DNA of 64,000 nt from Camelus ferus (taxonomy: Eukaryota). The first letter of the stretch is position 1, and each line of letters starts with the position of its first letter. The stretch is taken from positions 14,572,001 through 14,636,000 of the forward strand of contig NC_045696.1 of the NCBI RefSeq assembly GCF_009834535.1, read 5' to 3'. The notes beneath the pieces are model-generated. The model had not been told where the DNA came from. It did not search any database and saw only the letters and a list, made by a program, of their open reading frames with translations. Positions 54,686 to 64,000 of this stretch are shown piece by piece. A program made the translations under genes and the position numbers.

Positions 54686-56079
54686 TATCCCAGTTATATA
54701 TTCCATCAGATATCTGCATGCCTGAGATACCCATTCTCTTGCTCTCTCTCCCCTCGTTGCCTCCTAATTTCTGTTTTCAGGCCTCAATTTCTGTGTAAGC
54801 CAAATAAATCAACAAATCTTTTGTCCTGATTTACTACTGTCCCTTTTGTTGGTTGGTGAAGATGAAGACAAAAAACACGGGTGTCCCCTTACTCAAAATG
54901 AGCACAATGGATCTTTAGAAATTTTCAGATTTGGTAACTTTTCTTCTAGGATTCAGTTTCCTCCAAAGAATTATTCCTGTAATGAGTTATTGCAAGTAAA
55001 ACACTTAGATCAGTGGCACATAGTAGTGTTTATTTAATGTCATCAATTACTATTCACCATTATTATTATTACTCTTATTGTTTACTATCATCATTATCAT
55101 CATTATTATTCATTGGGGGTATTTTTTACAATGGTTGAAATTGCAGTAAATCTTAAATTTTACCTACTCTGCAGTGGATTCTTGAAGTAATTCACAGTTC
55201 TTAAGTATATGCACCTCCATATACCATCCTCTTCTTAAAACACTCAGCAGCTAAGATAGTCCCTTAACATTTCTCTTTCCTGAGACGTATGGTGAGAGAA
55301 AATAATAGAAATAACATAAAATCCTCAAGGTACAGACAATGTTTCCCCAATGTTGAAAAGAGCCACAGGTAGGGGAACTTCCCAGTGACATACTCAATAT
55401 ATAAATGTCTAGATTAGGAAAATTATGTTTGCCATTAAGAAATGTGTTATACACTAACACACATCAGAGATATGATGTGGTAGGCAGCATAACTAAATCC
55501 ATGACATAATTAAGCATCAAAACAGGCTTTTACTATATTATAATTTTTTTAAATATAGTAGAACAAAATATGAAAACTGTGTGTTGTTGAAATTACTCAG
55601 CAAACCAGTTTTTCTGATTGTCCAATGTGTTTTGTCTTTCATTTATTTATTTTTTTCAAATGGCTGGAGTCTAGCCATTCACGTGTACTTCAAAGCAGAA
55701 AATGTTCATACTGAAGATGACTTTTTGGATATTTAGGGTAAATATTTCATTAAATGTAGTGTGAAAGAAATATCTTGCAATATAAGTGAAGTTCCAGGAT
55801 AGTAGAAGACACCTAGCTACCTGAACAACTTTTGATTTAGTTTTGGGAGACTTTAAGCAAGTCATTGCATTAGGAGGGAAGACAGGGAGGAGGAAGGAAA
55901 AAGAGGAGAAAAAATGAGGAGACAGGAGGAAATGTTAAGGAAACAATTCTGTTAGTCAGTCTGGAATCCTCGAGTGCCTCCCTGGGAAGCCCTGCTGAAG
56001 CTTTTTTGGGCAAACCAAAGGGATTATTATTGCCTTATATGTAGCAATGGAATGAGCAATGATAGACTTTCTTAATGTT

Positions 56080-56253
56080 CACTCATTCATTCAACAAATA
56101 TTCATTGAGCACCTGTACATGTCAGGCATTGTTTTAGGTTCTGGGGATATTGTAGCTAACAAAATCAGCAACCATCCCTGAACTTATGTAGTTTATTTTC
56201 TATGGGGAAGGTTGGAAGAGACACATAGTAAAGTACATAAGTATTATATGTAT

Positions 56254-56284
<31 letters not shown>

Positions 56285-57150
56285 AACACATATAATATGG
56301 CGGTGATAAGTATGATAAAAAAATGAAGCAGTAGTAAAGAAGGATGAGGAACACTTATGCACAAAACTTAGTCAATTAGAGAAACCCTCTCAAGTCCTGA
56401 AAGAAAGAAGGGAATGAGCCATATGGATAATTGTGGGGAGGAAGTTTGCAGAAAAAAAGGAAACAGAAGACTCAAAGGCCTGGGTTGGAAGTATACAGGC
56501 ATGGATAAACTATGGTGCACAAGTCAGTGTGTCTTTGGAGGAGTGAGCAAAAGTGGGGGTAGGAAGAGATAGACTGAGCAGAAAGAGAAAAGGAAGCCAA
56601 GTTAACAGAGTACAATTTTCTCTTATTTTAATCAAAATCTAATTATATCAAGAGCAGTTGAATTACAGAGCACCCTCCCTTTTTTCATGTCTCTCATCTT
56701 AACTTCACTTGATGGATATTTGATAATGCCATTCAGTCTTCTAGCTCAAGAGTAAATCACTTAGGGAATAGAAGGCCATTGTAAGGCAGCCAGTGATGGC
56801 TTAGAAGAGAGGAAAGTCATGAGCCTGACTTGGATTTTTTTGAAGATCACTCTGGATGGCTATGCCAAGAGTAGGTGGCACAGAGTGAAAGCAAAGGCCA
56901 ACCAAGAAACCATGGCAATAATTTAAGTGAGAGATGATGGAGACTTGGACCAAGGTGGTAACAGTGGAGGTGGTGAAAAGGACTGGATCCAGGAATAAGT
57001 TTTTTGAAGGTAGAGGGTTTGGAAGGATACAGTTGTTGATGATTGAGATGTGAAAGGCTGCAAGAGGATAATATTATGGTAAAAAAAATTAGGATCAGCT
57101 TTGGACACATGGAATTTGAAATGCCTATCATTAGGATACCAATACTAATG
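56080..57150 (-). mobile_element. L2 fragments with internal (CA)n
   Basis: cattcattcaacaaatattcattgagcacct; gagagatgatggagacttggaccaaggtggta; tttggacacatggaatttgaaatgcct. Confidence 0.85.
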
Positions 57151-59379
57151 AAAGTGAGTATGCTGTTGACTGATATGTAATTGACACAATTCGTACCACT
57201 TTGTTATTCATTCCACAGATAATTGTTGAAGGCTTACTTGTGTGACCAATACCATGGCTGGCACAGAGTGTGTCTCAAGAGTAAGAAAAATGTATTTGGA
57301 GAAATTAATATTAAAGACAAAATTAAGAGAATAGTCAGATACTCATAGATCTATTCATTGTAGCTTGATGTATAGTGCGTGTGAATAACATATATTATCC
57401 TATCTGATTGACCTAAATTATAATAGGTGAATAACAAGCAGGAAGGGATCACCAGCCACTCCTAGATCTGTTTCTTATTTACAGCATTTATACCTGCCTT
57501 GTTTAGTTTACACGTTTATCTGGCATCAGGAATGAGAATTAATTTGGCCCCTACAACTTCTGGCCACAGTGACTCCCTAACACCTAAGAGCAAGCTGTAG
57601 ATAACTTTTTCAAAATCAAATTCCTAATAAAGGTGTAAGAGAAAGGAAAGGAACTCCAAATTAATACAGTATAGTTTTCTTATTATAATTTAATCAAAAC
57701 TTAATCTATGACAAGATGATGAGTTACACCTATTCTGTCTCCCTTCACCTCTCTCATCCTAATTTTGTCTGCTGAATACTTGATCATCTCATTCCAACTG
57801 TAGTTCAAGAGTCATTTAAGATTCCCTTCTTTGGGCTTTAGAGGGATTTCAGTTCCGGAAAGATCTAATTTGTTAGTCTTCTCTGTGGGCATGTACCAAC
57901 TCTTAGGAAATGCTGCACCAGTTCAAACCCATTATATTTTTTAATATATTGAATATTTTCTTTCATTTTCGAGGGCATATTTAAGAGCCAAATTTAAATG
58001 AAGTCATCAACTTTGATGAAACTTGGCTTAGTTGTGGGGCCTATTTTTTAAACTAATGTCTGTCTAGACTATGTTCATTATTTTGGCCAGACGTAAAGAC
58101 TGATGCCATCTTGTTCTGGAATAGACCTGCTCAAGTCTTTGCCAGCAGCCATGGCAGGGGATTTTAGTTTTGAATGAATTTTTTTTTTTATCAGCAGGCC
58201 CTTGAATGCCCTATCAAGATCCTCTGAGGAACATCACCAATTCTCACCATTTGCAGCCTTTCCTGATTCCTGTTAATACCTCTACCTCCTTTTTAATGTT
58301 TACTCTCCATCTCTCTCTAAACAATAGTTCCACTTAGCTTAATATCTTCACAGAAATCTCATATTTTAAACATGAAACATGCTGAATAGGTTATTCTAGA
58401 AATAATAAACACACTTTTTTAGAAATAAGAAATACTATTGTTTTTAAAAACAATAAATGTTACTGTTTTTAGACATAAACTGATTGCTAAATTTTATTAA
58501 TCTAAAATGATAAAGCAGATATGTCAGTTTATAAAACTTACAAGTCTACAGATAAAAAGTGTTGTGTCAGCATCTATTTCTGTGTTTTGACAAGTTGTTT
58601 CTGACAGTAAAGTAACTAAATGAAATGGAAGGAATTTGGTAATAATCATACAGAATGATTTACTTTACTGCCTCTGACAAGAGTGACTTGAATGAGGTAG
58701 ACTTTTCGATTACTATTTGAAGAAACTCAGCAATGATCACTGAGGACCCTGCAAATGCTGTTAACACCAAAAATCTTATTAATTTGTTAACAGCTATATA
58801 TAATTTTTATACTTTCCTTAAGAGGAAACTACTATACTACTATGTAAACAAGTAGTCTAGTTAGAAAGGATAATTTATGGAAAGTTTTTTTGAACATGTG
58901 AACTCATAATAAAGCTGGAAAAATTTTGCATGCTTTCTGCTGAGGGATAGAATTTGGAAAAATCCATTTTGAAATGTTTCAATTTAAGATAAAATCTAGC
59001 TACAGTAATAATGTTATTAATATGATAAAATAAATATTATTTTGATATTAAAATTGTATTTCTTTTGTTTTAATATGTAGTTCAATATGGATACACAAAA
59101 ATAATCATTCAGTCACATATTTATCCATTCAACCACTTTCTGTCTAGAGAATCACTAGGATGATGAATAAATTACTCTACTAGGTCTTAGATATTTAGGA
59201 TGTACCAAAAAGTAAATTGTTAACATTGGGTGTTTTTGTAGAGGTGTCTGTAGCTTCTATGGAATTAAAAAGAAAGATTAGAGAATTGATAATAAGAGAG
59301 AGGAATCAAGCAAATCTTTAGTGTATAGTCGTTTCTACTCAGGAAAAGGAAAGAAGTGGAAGGTGAAAAAGTATGAGAA

Positions 59380-59900
59380 AAGGCAAAATGATGCAATGTG
59401 TTCTATAGAAAAGAGAAACTCATGCAAGAAACCTTTGCAAAGATCTGGAAAAGAGAGTGCAGGTGCTAAGTTTGAGAAGCTATGAGTATCTCACAGCATT
59501 AGAACCCCAGCTAAATTTAGGGTAGTGGTAAGAAAGTAAGACTGGAAAGAAAATCTGGGACAAGTTCTTCATGTACTACATAGAATATTTTAAAAAGTTA
59601 AGAACATTCTGTGTGTGTGTGCGTGTGTGTGTGTACAGGAGGTGGCAGTGCACACTGCATGAAGAGAAGGTTGGGAAAGGGTTAGTGGTGGGGTTTACAT
59701 TTCAGAAAGATTCTTGGATACAATGTAGAGAATGGCATGGATAAGGATAGGATAAAATAATTTGGAAGTAATCTAGTTCAGAACTGATATAGAGATGGTA
59801 AGAAAGGAAAATGACAATTGTGGAATAGAAGATTCCATCCTAAAAGAAATAATAAAGTAGGAATTACCAGTCACAACTACAAATGGATTAAAAAAAATAG
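59380..59900 (-). mobile_element. Decayed L2
   Basis: Purine-rich L2-like motifs (tttacatttcagaaagat, gtaatctagttcaga). Confidence 0.55.
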
Positions 59901-60190
59901 ATGGATTTAAGACTACATTTCTTGCCTGCAGAGTTTATTCAAAAAAGCCAAAGAGAAGTAGTCCATAGGGAACAACAAGCCCCTGTTAACGTGCAGAGTA
60001 GGTGGGAAGTGTCCGAGGTGGAGAATGTATGTGTAGGCATTTGGGATAATGTAAAAGTCTTTTTACCTGCTTCACAGTTTGGTTTTATGATGGCTCCGAT
60101 TATATTATTACATAGGGAAGATGGGCTAAAGAAACTCCAACAACTTTCATGGTTTCATGCTTGTATAACCAACCAAGAGTTGTTAGAAAA

Positions 60191-60672
60191 TATTCCAGTT
60201 ATCCATTACTGCGTGACATTCCCTCTCCTAGAAATAAAACCTTAATGGCTTGAAATAACAATAATCATGGATTTTGCTTATGAATCTACAACTTGTGCAA
60301 GATTAAGTAAAGACAATTCCTGTCTGCTCCTCAGCGAGGCTGACTCTCACTCCTAAGGGCTGAACAGCTGAGGCTGTCTGGACATCTCTCTCTCTTCTTT
60401 TCAGGTCATCTCAGGATTCTCCATGAGTTTTTCAGCAGCTGGTTGCAGTCCAGCTTCTTATATGACATCTCAAAAACCCGAGAACCAGTGTTCTAAGATA
60501 TCTAGAGGAAGCTCTGTGGTGTCTTCTGAGCTAGCCTCAGAGGTCTAAGGCAGTCACTTCTCTGCATTCTATTGGTCAAACAAGTCATTAAGTCCAGCCC
60601 ATATTCCAGGGGAGAGGAATTAGACCCCACTCTCAAGATAAAAGGTAGAGAAATACTTCGGGCCAATATTTC
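60191..60672 (-). mobile_element. MLT1H-like MaLR LTR
   Basis: ctagcctcagag...gtcacttctctgcattctattggtcaaacaagtca...ccagcccatattccaggggagaggaattagacccca. Confidence 0.85.
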
Positions 60673-63600
60673 TCTTAAGTAAGGCACTCGAAGTTTTTAT
60701 TTTTTAACTCTTTCCCATGAAGAAGAATGACTTGCTAGTACCAACTTCAAAAGCTAATAAGAGTCATTACAACACAACCACAATATCATATATTTATTAT
60801 ATGTTATGGACCTAAAATTGACCTGAGCAGATTTTTACTAAGGAAACAGTGCAATTTCTTTATAAACAATGACCAACTCCTTCCCTTTAAAAGTGAGAGA
60901 ATACGAGGAAATATAACTATGAGTACTTGTTATAGGTAAATTATCATTTACACTGCAAGAAATTTAAACATTCTGTTAGTCATTTTAACGTGATGCACAG
61001 AGATAGGCATTCAAGATGGGAGGATAAACATACAAAAAGACCAAAGACCCAAGGGGCTGAAGGGCTAAGAGTGGTGTTAATCTGGAACTTGTCCCTGACA
61101 GAATGAGGAACCGAAGGACACAGGGTCCCTGAAATGGACAAATGGTGGTGATAAGGAAAAGACCTGCGTGATGAGTGATGACCTAAAGTCAGAGATGTTC
61201 TTTAGTGATGGAATGCAGTTAAGTCAGAACTATGTGGTTTTAAAGAGCATGGTGGAGGCCAAGTTCCATGGGAGCACGTAAAGTTTTCAGGAGTCTTGGG
61301 CCAAGGAATTGGCGGGGGTTTGGATCATTGTGCAACCTGGATGTCTTTGCCATGCATGTGTCAGGGCTGAAGGCTTGCTGCATTAGAAAGAAAGGAATTT
61401 TCCAACAGTAAGCAGTATTCGATGTTGGAATGTTCTACCCGCGGCCTTTAAATAGAACAAATGTCAATTGTCAATTGTAATCCTGTTGGAAGTTAGAATG
61501 AGAGACACTTGATGTTTGTTCTAGAGTTTTTATTATAGGATATCATCAAAACATTTAGAACTAAATGTTCTTAAATCACTATTTTAATTTACCCAAAAAA
61601 GGAATATTTAGACATTAGCATCTTGGTTTGGAAATTTCTAAGCTGATTTACACAAAGTAGACAACTAAATGTTTGTTGACAAGAAATGCAATTGCTCTAA
61701 ACAAATCTTTGTATGACTCCAAAGACTTCTATAATCCTATCTCAAAAAATATTAATGAGATGTATATTTTCTTTTTTAATTTTTTCAAGAAAGAGGAATA
61801 TAATGATGCCTGTTTCCAATGTCACTGCTAGAGAAAGGAATCATTTTTTTAAATTTGTAAGACAATAATTTTATTGAATTTTTTATAGTTTTAATAAAAT
61901 TATTGTTCTACACAAAAAGATGTTCTACACAAAAATGCTTTTGAAATTTGTAAAAATGAAGTTGGAGGTTCAAATATTCAGGAACATTGTAGATGCAGAA
62001 TTTGAGAATAGTTTCAGCTCCTGTGTTAAATTATTGAAATGAGTACAAAGTTGAACTGCCCTGAGGTCATATTTAAGCAGTTCACTAAGTCAACATTATA
62101 TAAATCTTTGTTTATTCTTCTGATTCTCAAAGATTAGGCTTAATGTCAACATTAAAAATTAACAGGAAGAATGTATCCAAATGCTAGAGGAAGTGTTTAG
62201 GAGTAAGTGAGATAACAGTATACAGGAAGGGAAGGAGGTGAGGAAGGAAAAAGTCAAATTCAAAATGGAAACGACAAACAATTTACATTTCCCGACCTCA
62301 TACTTAAATGCAGACTTATTAGCTATTCATTAACCTCTAGTCAACCTATGAGAATGTCCTGTGGATTTTAAAGTTTCAATATCTAAGATATAGTTAGAGC
62401 TTTAAGGAAAAAGCCAAAACCAAACTCTTCACCTAGCCATTATAAATTAATGTAATTTCAACCTTTTGAGTTAATATACAATAGCGATTTAGCAAGTAGC
62501 AAATGGATTACATGAAAAATACATTCAAACCTGCATAAACTTAAGTTGGCTTTCGAAAAACAATTTTAATTTCTTCTGCTTCATGGAAAGACTGAGTGTA
62601 ATTTCTTTTGACTCACTTAATCTTTTTTAAAAAAAACCTGGTTTATATGCACACAGTTATGTTCAACTAGTTATCCTCATGATTATTAATTTCCACAATG
62701 TCTGCACACTGTTTCAATGGCAGTAGAAAGGAATATACAATTAGAGATATTTTCAGTTCACCAATTGGTAAAGTATCTCATTGGATGATAAAATAGTCCA
62801 GACAACATCTAATGCACTACATTCCCAACCCATGGAAGATTTTAATGATTAAGAAAAAGTACAGCTTGTGTCTTACTAACTAAACTGCAAGGGTCTTGAA
62901 ACTGGAAATTGGGTCTTAGCAAGGTCTATATCCCTTGATACCTATCGGCCTGACTCAGAGCACTATTTATTGAATTGGATAAAATCTTGATAAGTTCAGC
63001 TTTGGGAAAATATCATTAGCTCATTAAATTCATAACCCAGGAGAACATTTGCTTCTATAAAAAAATTAACTGAGGTAGAGTACTTGTCTTTCACCATCAG
63101 GCACTAGCATTCAGGTACAGAAAATGCAAGATTAGAAAGGATATAGTCATTTGAAATGACAGCGCTGGAATTTCAAATGGCATGGCTAGCTTCAGAATTG
63201 GCTTGAAAACATATACAGAGCCTCAGAAATGATTGATTTCTCAAATATTTTTAGATTCAACCCTGTTTGATTAAGAGAGCCTCAACTGAATTATAGTAGC
63301 ATTAATGATTTTAAGATGTTTTATACAATGGAGTTACTTTTGCTAGATTCTATGCGGTGGAAGATTAGGGGCAGGGTTGTAAATATGTTCGATTTCCATG
63401 GATCTTCCAAAGCCTGGCTAAAGAAAAATCTGTCTACTCAACTTCCTTTTCTTTCTGGCAAAAAGTTGTTTTTTTACTAATTATCCCCAGCTGTACCAGA
63501 TTCTGTATTTCTTATTTTTAACTTAACATGGTCCTACATCTGTGTACTTCTTATATGGAATATTGAGTCTTAAAATGGGAAATCCTTTGGGAGGGGGTGA

Positions 63601-64000
63601 GGACAATTATGATTGTCTAAAAAGAAAAGAAATATGAAAACGTGAACCTGAACAATAGTCCTTTCTAGTCTTCCTATCCATTGCCAGTCAACTACTTAAA
63701 ACTATTTTATTGGTATTTATCTACGATAGCAATGGAGGCTATACTCTTTTTGAATGTCGAGAATTTTTATACAATTCAATTTTTTTAATCACATATTTTT
63801 CTTCCTCTTAATTTTCTTTCAGAAGAAGTCAGTGTGTCAATCCACAATTTTAAATGCAACAACTACAGATTTTGCCTACAGTATTCAAGGTTCGTCAGAG
63901 GATTCTTGACATTCCCTGGTGAAGGATGGCAGTAAAATTGCAATACATAAGACTTTGGTGCTTATTACTTTACAGGATTTGAGTGATGAGGCTAGAAACA

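Noticed and set aside
935..60672. Minus-strand bias of L1/LTRs as evidence for a plus-strand host gene
   Set aside because: Several L1 and LTR pieces are on plus; counts are too small and mixed
1..64000. CRISPR arrays, operons or other prokaryotic systems; intact ERV or L1 ORFs
   Set aside because: Sequence is clearly mammalian, with no regularly spaced repeats and no ORF longer than 126 aa

Overview
AT-rich, CpG-depleted mammalian non-coding DNA (intergenic or a large intron). It is most likely camelid, because four tRNA-Ala-derived SINEs resemble the camelid Vic-1 family and the young L1 3' ends are cetartiodactyl-like. I recognise no host protein-coding exon; the only recognisable ORFs are decayed L1 ORF2 remnants. 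Much of the window is interspersed repeat: old and young L1, L2, MIR, MaLR/ERVL/ERV1 LTRs, hAT DNA transposons and microsatellites. The most notable structures are (1) a SINE copy whose head still folds into a complete tRNA-Ala(AGC) cloverleaf with the G3:U70 identity pair, (2) a twin-primed 5'-inverted L1 with target-site duplications, (3) a multi-layer nest of old L1 > LTR-int-LTR MLT1 element > SINE, and (4) a roughly 6 kb repeat-poor block with more retained CpGs (about 48.3-54.4 kb) that looks regulatory and lies beside a young solo LTR. I find no convincing multi-gene novel system. Repeat family names and most boundaries come from recognition by eye and are approximate; TSD-defined boundaries are more exact.
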